Below are positions 28,827 through 37,345 of a stretch of 64,000 bases of DNA, in pieces. The position numbers and the translations under genes are program-made. Within the stretch, counting starts at the first letter, position 1, and every line of letters begins with the position of its first letter. Source of the stretch: an uncultured Arcobacteraceae bacterium (GTDB lineage Bacteria > Campylobacterota > Campylobacteria > Campylobacterales > Arcobacteraceae); contig CAXHZO010000001.1 of NCBI GenBank assembly GCA_964022095.1, positions 128,001-192,000 of the forward strand, in the 5' to 3' direction. The notes below the pieces were generated by a model. That model made no database searches, was not told where the DNA came from, and saw only the letters and a program-made list of their open reading frames with translations.

Positions 28827-31562
28827 CTAATTTAAAACTTCATCACATCTATTACAAAGAGTCTCTTCTTCTGTAGAAGTTAACTTCCAACATCTTGGAC
28901 ATTTATGAGCAGTTGATTTATAAACTTCAAACTCATAATCTTCAATATTAAACGATCCTAGTATATCAGAAGTTTGTTTACTATTTGTTATAGAACTAAC
29001 TATAAACCAATCGGCTGCTTCAACTTCACCCAATGCTATAATTTCTTCACAATTTGTGTAGATACTTAACTCTAAAGTAGATTTAATTGTCTTCTCTTTA
29101 CTTAATGCATCTTTAATTTCAGCAAATTTTTCTTTTGCTTCAAGTAATAATTCATCATTAATTCCAGATTCAATTTCTGGTAATTCTACTTTTGAATAAT
29201 CAAATATATCAGCAGCATCACCTTTAATAAATTGTGGTGCGTACTCTAATAACTCATCCATTGTGTACGTTAAGATACAAGATAATGTTGAGATTAACTT
29301 TTTAACAATAAGTGCCATTGCACTTTGACTTGCAAGTCTGTGAATGTCATTTTTATCATCACAATATAATCTATCTTTACAAACATCTAAATAAATACCT
29401 GATAAATCAACAACTAAGAAGTTGTTTAACTTATTTAATCCTTTTGAAAATTCATAAACTTTAAATGCTGCTTCAATCTCATCAAATACTTTTTTAGCTT
29501 TTGATAAAATCCATTTATCTAATGGACCCATTTTAGAAACATCTACAATTTCCTCTAAATCACTTACATTTGCAAGTAAGAATCTAGAAGTATTTCTAAT
29601 TTTTCTATATAGCTCAGCATTTTGTTTTAAGATATTATCAGAAATTTTTAAATCTGACTGATAATCACTCATTGCAACCCATAATCTTAAAATCTCAGAA
29701 CCATATTGTTTCATAACCTTATCCGGTGCAACAACATTTCCTTTAGATTTAGACATCTTTTCACCCTTTTCATCAACAGTGAATCCATGTGTTAAAATCG
29801 ATTTATAAGGTGCAATTTCACTTGAAGCAAGTGTTGTTAAAAGTGAAGATTGGAACCAACCTCTATGTTGATCACTTCCTTCTAAGTACATATCAGCAGG
29901 GAAAGTTCCTGCATCATAGTTTCTACTTCTTAAAACTGCATTTTGAGTTGATCCAGAATCAAACCATACATCTAAAATATCCATAGTTTTTTCTAAATCT
30001 TCTGGGTTTAATCCACTACCTGGATATAATAACTCTTCAATAGATAAATCGTACCAAGCATCACAACCTTTTTGTTCAAAAATCATTGCAGTATAATTTA
30101 ATACTTTTTCATCAAAGATAATCTCATCAGTCTTTTTATTTCTAAAAAATGCAATTGGAACACCCCAATCTCTTTGTCTAGAAATACACCAGTCAGGTCT
30201 TCCGTCTAACATAGACTTTAATCTATTTCTTCCCCATTCAGGATAGAAAGTTAAGTTCTCAACAACATCAAGTGCATTTTGTCTTAATGTTTTTTGCTCT
30301 TTTCCATATTCATCATCAATTGAAATAAACCATTGTTTAGTTGCTCTAAAAATAATTGGCTTGTGAGTTCTCCAACAGTGTGGGTATGAGTGTCTAATAT
30401 CAACTCTACTTAATAAAGCACCGTTTTGCGTCAACTCTTCTAAAATCATCTCATTTGCTTTGAATACATGCATACCAAGATATTTATCTGTATCATTAAA
30501 TAGTTTTTCTCTAATTATTGTTTCATCATATTTACCTTCTGCATCAACTGGCATAATAACATCAAGTCCATATCTTAACCCTACTTTATAGTCATCTTCA
30601 CCATGACCAGGTGCAGTATGAACAGCACCAGTACCAGCATCCATTTCAACATGATCACCTAATACAATTTTAGATTTTCTTTCGTTTAAAGGATTAATTG
30701 CATGAGTGTTTTCTAAATCATTTGGATTAACTGATTCAATAACATCTCCACTTATAATTTCATTTTCGATTAATTGATTATATAATTTTTTAGCAACAAT
30801 AAATTTATCACTTGTTAATACATACTCTTCTTCGCCATTAAGACTAATACCTGTATTTGCAGGAAGTGTCCAAGGAGTTGTAGTCCAGATAATTACACTT
30901 GCATCTAATTTTTCATGTTTAAATGCAACATATATAGATGGAGAAGTTTTATCTTCATATTCAACTTCCGCTTCAGCAAGTGCAGTTTGAGCAGCCCATG
31001 ACCAATAAACTGGTTTACTTCTTTGAACTAATAAACCCTGTTTAGCAATAGCACAAAGTTCTCTATAAATATTAGCTTCAAATCTAAAATCCATTGTTAA
31101 ATAAGGATTATCCCAATCACCTAGTACACCAAGTTTTTTAAATTCATCTCTTTGAATATCTACAAATCTTGAAGCATGTTCTCTACATAACTCTCTAATC
31201 TTAGATTTAGGTAACTCTTTTTTCTTAGTACTACCAATTTTCTCTTCAACTTTTTGCTCAATTGGTAAACCATGACAATCCCAACCTGGAACATATCTAA
31301 CTGATTTTCCTTCAAAATAGTGATATTTAACGATAATATCTTTAAGAACTTTGTTTAAAGCATGTCCAATATGAATATGTCCATTAGCATATGGCGGTCC
31401 ATCATGTAATGTGAAAGAAGGAGCACCTTCTCTATTTTTTTTCATTCTCTCATAGACACTTTGAGAATCCCAGTTTTGATATCTCTTTGGTTCATTCTGA
31501 GGTAAGTTCCCTCTCATAGGGAAACTAGTCTTTGGAAGTAATATACTATCTTTGTAATCCAT
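28827..31562 (-). CDS. ileS: Isoleucine--tRNA ligase
   Basis: HDGPPYANG, HIGH, KMSKS, C-terminal CPRC..CNRC. Confidence 0.99.
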   Translation of the reverse strand: MDYKDSILLPKTSFPMRGNLPQNEPKRYQNWDSQSVYERMKKNREGAPSFTLHDGPPYANGHIHIGHALNKVLKDIIVKYHYFEGKSVRYVPGWDCHGLPIEQKVEEKIGSTKKKELPKSKIRELCREHASRFVDIQRDEFKKLGVLGDWDNPYLTMDFRFEANIYRELCAIAKQGLLVQRSKPVYWSWAAQTALAEAEVEYEDKTSPSIYVAFKHEKLDASVIIWTTTPWTLPANTGISLNGEEEYVLTSDKFIVAKKLYNQLIENEIISGDVIESVNPNDLENTHAINPLNERKSKIVLGDHVEMDAGTGAVHTAPGHGEDDYKVGLRYGLDVIMPVDAEGKYDETIIREKLFNDTDKYLGMHVFKANEMILEELTQNGALLSRVDIRHSYPHCWRTHKPIIFRATKQWFISIDDEYGKEQKTLRQNALDVVENLTFYPEWGRNRLKSMLDGRPDWCISRQRDWGVPIAFFRNKKTDEIIFDEKVLNYTAMIFEQKGCDAWYDLSIEELLYPGSGLNPEDLEKTMDILDVWFDSGSTQNAVLRSRNYDAGTFPADMYLEGSDQHRGWFQSSLLTTLASSEIAPYKSILTHGFTVDEKGEKMSKSKGNVVAPDKVMKQYGSEILRLWVAMSDYQSDLKISDNILKQNAELYRKIRNTSRFLLANVSDLEEIVDVSKMGPLDKWILSKAKKVFDEIEAAFKVYEFSKGLNKLNNFLVVDLSGIYLDVCKDRLYCDDKNDIHRLASQSAMALIVKKLISTLSCILTYTMDELLEYAPQFIKGDAADIFDYSKVELPEIESGINDELLLEAKEKFAEIKDALSKEKTIKSTLELSIYTNCEEIIALGEVEAADWFIVSSITNSKQTSDILGSFNIEDYEFEVYKSTAHKCPRCWKLTSTEEETLCNRCDEVLN

Positions 31563-31841
31563 CTTATAACACCTTCAATAATCGAAATATTTGTTGTTTA
31601 ATTAAATCGCAGATTATAACTAAAGATTATTGAAAAGAAAATTATTTGATTTTAATCTTAATTTAAAGTTATTGTACATAATGTATAAAATTTGTACAAG
31701 GCTTATTTAGTGGGATTTTAATAGGTGTTACCATTATATATAAAATATACCTTAATTACATAATAACTAATATAATTTAATCCAAATGAAAAAATTTTAT
31801 GATAAAATCGATCCTAATAATTCAAAACATAGGAACGCTGT

Positions 31842-33197
31842 ATGAATGAGAAACATTATGAAGTTTTAATCGTTGGGGGTGGTATCTCTGGTGCTGCATT
31901 ATTCTTCGAACTAGCAAAATACTCAGATGTAAATAATATCTGTCTATTAGAAAAATACGAAGATTTGGCTACTTTAAACTCAAAAGGTACTAGTAATTCA
32001 CAAACAATTCACGTAGGGGATATTGAGACTAACTATACTTTTGATAAAGCAAAAATTACAAAAAGAACTGCAAAAATGATTGAAAAGTTCTGTTTAATGT
32101 ATGGACTTGAAGATAAAATCATGTTCAAACACCAAAAAATGGCTTTAGGTGTTGGAGAGAAAGAAGTTGAGTTTATTACTAATAGATATAATGAATTCAA
32201 AGAAATCTTCCCTTACTTAGAATTATGGGACAAAGAGACATTAAGAGAAAAAGAACCTTTATTAGTTTATGCAGATAAAGAAAGAACAAAAGATAGACCA
32301 GAACCAATTGTTGCTATGGGTGCAAGTGATCAATATACAACTGTTGAATATGGTGAAATGACTAAAGAACTTATAAAAGCTGGGCAAGAAGCTGATGAGT
32401 CTAAAACAACTGATGTATACTTTAATTCAGAAGTTGAAGAAATTGAAAAAGTTGGAGATACTTATAAAGTAACAACTGTAAATGGTACAGTTTATACTGC
32501 TGATTATGTTGTAGTAAATGCTGGTGCTCACTCATTATACTTAGCTCATAAAATGGGTTATGGTAAACACATGGGATCATTATCAATGGCTGGATCATTC
32601 TATATTACTAATGATACTTACTTAAATGGTAAAGTATATATGGTACAAAATGATAAATTACCATTTGCAGCACTTCATGGGGACCCTGATATTTTATGTG
32701 ATGGGAAAACAAGATTTGGACCAACTGCATTAGCACTATTAGTATTAGAAAGATACAAAGGTGGAAAATCAATATTCCAATGTTTAAAAACATTAAACTT
32801 AGATGGTAATATTATAAAAATTTTCTGGGACTTATTAAAAGATTCAGATATCAGAAACTATGTATTTAAAAACTTCTTATTTGAAGTACCAGGAATCAAT
32901 AAAAAGTTATTCGTAAAAGATGCGCAAAAAATCGTTCCTTCTTTAAGTACTGAAGACATTGAGTATGCTAAAGGATTTGGTGGGGTTAGACCACAAGTTC
33001 TAGATAAAAATGAACAAAAATTAATGCTTGGTGAAGCATCATTAAGAGAAGATGGAATTATTTTCAATATGACTCCATCTCCAGGTGCGACTTCTTGTTT
33101 AGGAAATGCAGAAAGAGATATTCAATTAGTTTGTGAAAAACTAGGTAAAACTTTCAACCACGAACAATTCTTAGCTGATTTTACTGACGCTGAGTAA
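31842..33197 (+). CDS. mqo: Malate:quinone oxidoreductase (Helicobacter/Campylobacter type)
   Basis: GGGISG FAD motif, NSQTIHVGDIETNY, LPFAALHGDPD, FNMTPSPGAT. Confidence 0.88.
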   Translation: MNEKHYEVLIVGGGISGAALFFELAKYSDVNNICLLEKYEDLATLNSKGTSNSQTIHVGDIETNYTFDKAKITKRTAKMIEKFCLMYGLEDKIMFKHQKMALGVGEKEVEFITNRYNEFKEIFPYLELWDKETLREKEPLLVYADKERTKDRPEPIVAMGASDQYTTVEYGEMTKELIKAGQEADESKTTDVYFNSEVEEIEKVGDTYKVTTVNGTVYTADYVVVNAGAHSLYLAHKMGYGKHMGSLSMAGSFYITNDTYLNGKVYMVQNDKLPFAALHGDPDILCDGKTRFGPTALALLVLERYKGGKSIFQCLKTLNLDGNIIKIFWDLLKDSDIRNYVFKNFLFEVPGINKKLFVKDAQKIVPSLSTEDIEYAKGFGGVRPQVLDKNEQKLMLGEASLREDGIIFNMTPSPGATSCLGNAERDIQLVCEKLGKTFNHEQFLADFTDAE

Positions 33198-33204
33198 TCT
33201 ACAT

Positions 33205-33236
33205 AAATAAAAGGGTTTTAAGCCCTTTTATTTTTT
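33205..33236 (+). terminator. Intrinsic terminator after mqo
   Basis: aaataaaaggg..cccttttatttttt. Confidence 0.8.
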
Positions 33237-33321
33237 CTACCATATATTCTTCTATATTTATATTCATTTAATCAAATACTTAATAAACTTAACTATAAAC
33301 CAATTTTAAAGGCCATAATAG

Positions 33322-33828
33322 ATGTTTAATGACATTTTCAATGAAAAAGATATGATAAACCTTCAAGAGCTTCTCAGAGCTAATAAAATGACAATAACAA
33401 CAGCAGAATCTTGTACAGGTGGATTAATTGCACATTTAATCACTAAAATATCTGGTTCATCTGATATATTTAATGGTGCAATTGTAAGTTACTCAAATGA
33501 AATAAAACATCAAGAATTAAAAGTAAAAAATGAAACTTTAGAAAATTTTGGTGCAGTATCAAAACAGACAGTTGAAGAGATGCTAAGTGGAACCCTAGAA
33601 AAATTTAGTGCTGACTTTGCTATTGCTATATCTGGTATAGCAGGTCCTAATGGAGGAAGTGATAAAAAACCTGTTGGTACAGTTGTAATAGGGATAAGTG
33701 ACTCAAAGCACCATAAAATAGTTGATACATACCACTTTAATGGCACTAGAGAAGAGGTTCAAATACAAGCTGCAAAGACATCTTTGAAAAAAATTTATAA
33801 ATTTATTCAAAAAAGTCTTGACAAATAA
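33322..33828 (+). CDS. CinA C-terminal / PncC NMN deamidase family
   Basis: TAESCTGG, GAVS, SGIAGPNGG..KPVGTV. Confidence 0.93.
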   Translation: MFNDIFNEKDMINLQELLRANKMTITTAESCTGGLIAHLITKISGSSDIFNGAIVSYSNEIKHQELKVKNETLENFGAVSKQTVEEMLSGTLEKFSADFAIAISGIAGPNGGSDKKPVGTVVIGISDSKHHKIVDTYHFNGTREEVQIQAAKTSLKKIYKFIQKSLDK

Positions 33829-33846
33829 AAAAAAACCTATTATAAT
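33818..33846 (+). promoter_or_regulatory. Consensus sigma70 promoter of the tRNA operon
   Basis: TTGACA(33818)-17 nt-TATAAT(33841). Confidence 0.9.
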
Positions 33847-33886
33847 TCCAGTCCATTTTAAGAATAACCACTTAAAATAACAGAGC

Positions 33887-33962
33887 GACCCGTTAGCTCA
33901 GCTGGTAGAGCATCTCCCTTTTAAGGAGGTGGCCGAAGGTTCGAATCCTTCACGGGTCACCA
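33887..33962 (+). tRNA. tRNA-Lys(TTT)
   Basis: Cloverleaf, anticodon loop CTTTTAA, CCA end. Confidence 0.97.
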
Positions 33963-33979
33963 TTATTATTTACATTGTT

Positions 33980-34054
33980 GGCCCCTTCATCTAGCGGTTA
34001 GGATTCATGGTTTTCATCCATGCCACAGGAGTTCGAGTCTCCTAGGGGTCACCA
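33980..34054 (+). tRNA. tRNA-Glu(TTC)
   Basis: Anticodon arm CATGG-TTTTCAT-CCATG, CCA end. Confidence 0.97.
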
Positions 34055-34064
34055 ACATTTTTAC

Positions 34065-34140
34065 GGTCGATTAGCTCAGTTGGTAGAGCGCTACCCTTAC
34101 AAGGTAGATGTCAGAAGTTCGAGTCTTCTATCGACCACCA
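34065..34140 (+). tRNA. tRNA-Val(TAC)
   Basis: Anticodon arm CTACC-CTTACAA-GGTAG, CCA end. Confidence 0.97.
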
Positions 34141-34155
34141 TTGTTAAAAGTATGT

Positions 34156-34232
34156 GCGGTTGTAGTTTAGTTGGTTAGAATGCCTGCCTGTCACGCAGGA
34201 GGTCGCGAGTTCGAGTCTCGTCAACCGCGCCA
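34156..34232 (+). tRNA. tRNA-Asp(GTC)
   Basis: Anticodon arm CCTGC-CTGTCAC-GCAGG, CCA end. Confidence 0.97.
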
Positions 34233-34250
34233 CTTACTTTTAATATTTTT

Positions 34251-34326
34251 GACCCGTTAGCTCAGCTGGTAGAGCATCTCCCTTTTAAGGAGGTGGCCGA
34301 AGGTTCGAATCCTTCACGGGTCACCA
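34251..34326 (+). tRNA. tRNA-Lys(TTT), second copy
   Basis: Identical to 33887-33962. Confidence 0.97.
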
Positions 34327-34343
34327 TTATTATTTACATTGTT

Positions 34344-34418
34344 GGCCCCTTCATCTAGCGGTTAGGATTCATGGTTTTCATCCATGCCACAGGAGTTCGA
34401 GTCTCCTAGGGGTCACCA
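34344..34418 (+). tRNA. tRNA-Glu(TTC), second copy
   Basis: Identical to 33980-34054. Confidence 0.97.
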
Positions 34419-34428
34419 ACATTTTTAC

Positions 34429-34504
34429 GGTCGATTAGCTCAGTTGGTAGAGCGCTACCCTTACAAGGTAGATGTCAGAAGTTCGAGTCTTCTATCGACC
34501 ACCA
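34429..34504 (+). tRNA. tRNA-Val(TAC), second copy
   Basis: Identical to 34065-34140. Confidence 0.97.
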
Positions 34505-34519
34505 TTGTTAAAAGTATGT

Positions 34520-34596
34520 GCGGTTGTAGTTTAGTTGGTTAGAATGCCTGCCTGTCACGCAGGAGGTCGCGAGTTCGAGTCTCGTCAACCGCGCCA
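34520..34596 (+). tRNA. tRNA-Asp(GTC), second copy
   Basis: Identical to 34156-34232. Confidence 0.97.
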
Positions 34597-34677
34597 CTTA
34601 CTTTTAATATAAAATCCCAAAACTTACTTTTAAATATTTTTTAGTTATCCTTATATACTTATTTTTCAAGGATTCTT

Positions 34678-36261
34678 ATGTTTAAAGCCAAAAGTCTTTA
34701 TCATCTAATTGTATACAGTATTTTATTCATTGTAATTTTAATTTCATTTTTTACTTTTATAATTATTGATAATGCCCATGAAGAATTACAACAAAAAATT
34801 GCAACACAAAAACTCGATTATACAAACAATCAAAAAAATATCTTAAAAAATGACATAGATTCAACAATAAAATTTATAAGTTTTTATCATGAAAAGTTTA
34901 AAGATGTTAAATCAGAAGAAGAGATCAAAAAAGATGTATTTAATGCTTTAAATAAAATGAAACAATCAAATAATATAAACGACTATATTTTTATCTATGA
35001 TAAAAAAGGTAAATTACTATTTTATCCTATAGACCCAAAAGAGATTGGTAAAAATAAACTTGATATGAAAGATGCTGCTGGTAAATTTGTAATAAAAGAT
35101 TTAATTGCAGCAACAAAATTACCAAATGGAGGATTTGTAGATTATATTTGGTTTAAACCAGATATTCAAAAGAATGTAAAAAAAATATCATTTGCCCAGG
35201 TATATGAGAGTTGGGCATGGATAATTGGAAAAGGTGTATATTTAGATGAAATAGATGAACTAGTAACACAAAAAGAAGATGAGTATAATCAAAAGATTTC
35301 AAACTATACATTACAAATATCTTCCCTTACAATTATGCTTGTTTTATATTCAATATTTATTTATAAAAATGCAACTATTTTGATTGTAAATGATGTGAAA
35401 GAAATAGGTAAATATTTTAAAGAGTCGCAAATAGATGATAGTCCAATAAATCAAAACAGATTGATGTTTGGGGAATTTAAAGTAATTGCAAATTATGCAA
35501 CTGATGCAATGAATAATATTAAACTCAAAACCCATATGCTTGAAGATTTAAATAAAAATCTAGAATTTAAAGTTAGTGAAAAAACTAAAGAACTAACAAA
35601 ACTTATTGAATCACAAAAATCATTTATAAAAAACTCTGTACATGAGATTAATACTCCACTATCAATAATTCAAACAAATATCGACTTATTAAAAATGAAA
35701 ATACCTAATAATAAATACATAACACATATAGAATCTGGATCAAAGATTATTCAATACATATATGATGATTTATCTTATCTAATAAAAAAAGATAGAGTCA
35801 TATATGAAAAAGAGTATTTAGACTTTAGTCAAATACTAAATAATAGAATTGAATTTTTTGAAGAGATTGCTATATCAAACTCATTATATTTTATAAGTAA
35901 CATTGAAAATGATATATATATTAAATTCAATACAACAGAACTTCAAAGAATAATTGATAATAACTTATCTAATGCAATAAAGTACTCATACTCAAAATCT
36001 CCAATTTTTGTAAAACTAGACTATACACAAGATGATGATGTAGAGTTTAGCGTTACTACTAATTCTAAGAAGATTGAATATCAAAATAAAATATTTGATG
36101 ACTTTTATAGAGAAAATTCTGCCCGTGGTGGATTTGGATTAGGACTAAAAATAGTAAAAGAGATATGTGATAAAAATTTAGTTATAATTAAATTAGAGTC
36201 TACGGATAAAGAAACAAAATTTACTTACAGGTTTAAAATAAATGAAGATACTACTGCTTGA
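34678..36261 (+). CDS. Cache-domain sensor histidine kinase
   Basis: TM-Cache (YIFIYD..DAAGKFVI..GGFVDYIWFKP..WIIGKGVY)-TM; H box VHEINTPL, NNLSNAIKY, GFGLGL. Confidence 0.94.
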   Translation: MFKAKSLYHLIVYSILFIVILISFFTFIIIDNAHEELQQKIATQKLDYTNNQKNILKNDIDSTIKFISFYHEKFKDVKSEEEIKKDVFNALNKMKQSNNINDYIFIYDKKGKLLFYPIDPKEIGKNKLDMKDAAGKFVIKDLIAATKLPNGGFVDYIWFKPDIQKNVKKISFAQVYESWAWIIGKGVYLDEIDELVTQKEDEYNQKISNYTLQISSLTIMLVLYSIFIYKNATILIVNDVKEIGKYFKESQIDDSPINQNRLMFGEFKVIANYATDAMNNIKLKTHMLEDLNKNLEFKVSEKTKELTKLIESQKSFIKNSVHEINTPLSIIQTNIDLLKMKIPNNKYITHIESGSKIIQYIYDDLSYLIKKDRVIYEKEYLDFSQILNNRIEFFEEIAISNSLYFISNIENDIYIKFNTTELQRIIDNNLSNAIKYSYSKSPIFVKLDYTQDDDVEFSVTTNSKKIEYQNKIFDDFYRENSARGGFGLGLKIVKEICDKNLVIIKLESTDKETKFTYRFKINEDTTA

Positions 36262-36904
36262 AGATGAATTAATGTTAAATAACTCAATTACTGAGTATTT
36301 AAAAGACATAGGACATATGATTGAAAGTTTTACTGATGGACAAGAGGTTTTAGATAATGTTGATAACAGCTATGACCTTTTAATTTTAGACATAAATACT
36401 CCCACAAAAGATGGTTTTGAAATTTTAACAGAACTCAACTCAAGAAAGATATACATTCCAACTATATTTATTTCTGCACTTATTGATATAGAAGATATAA
36501 CAAAAGCATATGATCTGGGATGTAGAGAATATATAAAGAAACCTTTTCATTTAGGAGAGCTTGGTATAAAAATAAACCAAATCTTAAAGAAAGAGCAGAA
36601 TAATACTTCACATATAAGGTTTTCAGAAAACTACTCTTATTCAAAAGATAAGAAAACTCTTTATTTTAATAGTGAACCACAAAACCTAACAAAGAAACAA
36701 CTTGATATTATTCATATATTAGCCCTTAACATTAATATGATTGTTGACTTCGAAAGATTTAGAATTGACATCTGGGATGGTGAAAATATAGATAATCCTA
36801 CTATTAGAGCTGAAATTTCGCGACTAAAAAAGGCATTAAAAGAGGATTTCATTAAAAACATTAGAGGATTAGGGTATAAAATCGATAGATTCTACTCTGT
36901 TTAA
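36242..36904 (+). CDS. OmpR/PhoB-family response regulator
   Basis: LLEDE, LDINTP, KPF; wHTH ISRLKKAL..IKNIRGLGY; overlaps kinase gene. Confidence 0.95.
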   Translation: MKILLLEDELMLNNSITEYLKDIGHMIESFTDGQEVLDNVDNSYDLLILDINTPTKDGFEILTELNSRKIYIPTIFISALIDIEDITKAYDLGCREYIKKPFHLGELGIKINQILKKEQNNTSHIRFSENYSYSKDKKTLYFNSEPQNLTKKQLDIIHILALNINMIVDFERFRIDIWDGENIDNPTIRAEISRLKKALKEDFIKNIRGLGYKIDRFYSV

Positions 36905-36938
36905 AAACCTCTACAAAATGGGTCTTTCTGACCCAAAA

Positions 36939-37021
36939 TGCTACTTTATTACTACTTAAAAAAACAAATTTCAAAAATTAACTTTCATTGCTACGCTTTT
37001 GCAACCATAACTTATTAGAAT
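36939..37021 (+). promoter_or_regulatory. Two TGCTAC-N5-T[AG]C[TA]AC direct-repeat boxes and -10 upstream of DUF4212/SSS operon
   Basis: TGCTACtttatTACTAC (36939-36955), TGCTACgctttTGCAAC (36989-37005), TAGAAT at 37016. Confidence 0.7.
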
Positions 37022-37079
37022 TTCAATGTTAACTTATTAAACAGTTTGTTGTTTGATAAAATTAAAAAAGGAGAGCAGA

Positions 37080-37334
37080 ATGAGTCCAGAAAAAGCACAA
37101 GCATACTGGAAAGAAAATATATCGATGATTATTAAGTTATTAGTAGTTTGGTTTGTAGTTTCTTTCGGTTGCGGGATATTATTCATAAATGAGCTTAACG
37201 CCATTGAAATCAGTGGAGTTAAATTAGGTTATTGGTTTGCACAACAAGGTGCAATTTATGTATTCGTTATCTTAATCTTTGTTTACGTTAAAGCAATGAC
37301 AGGTATTGACGAAAAATACGGCGTACACGAGTAG
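37080..37334 (+). CDS. DUF4212 small subunit of solute:sodium symporter
   Basis: AYWKEN, LGYWFAQQG, DEKYGVHE; ATG 37080 after AAGGAG. Confidence 0.92.
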   Translation: MSPEKAQAYWKENISMIIKLLVVWFVVSFGCGILFINELNAIEISGVKLGYWFAQQGAIYVFVILIFVYVKAMTGIDEKYGVHE

Positions 37335-37345
37335 GAGTTTAAAGT

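Larger units (their letters stand above)
33887..34610 (+). repeat. Tandem duplication of Lys-Glu-Val-Asp tRNA block (period 364 bp)
   Basis: 33887-34246 equals 34251-34610 including spacers, by eye. Confidence 0.95.

Noticed and set aside
33887-34610. tRNA repeat as a prophage/island att site or CRISPR array
   Set aside because: Both copies are complete adjacent tRNA sets; no integrase, distal partial tRNA, spacers or cas genes.
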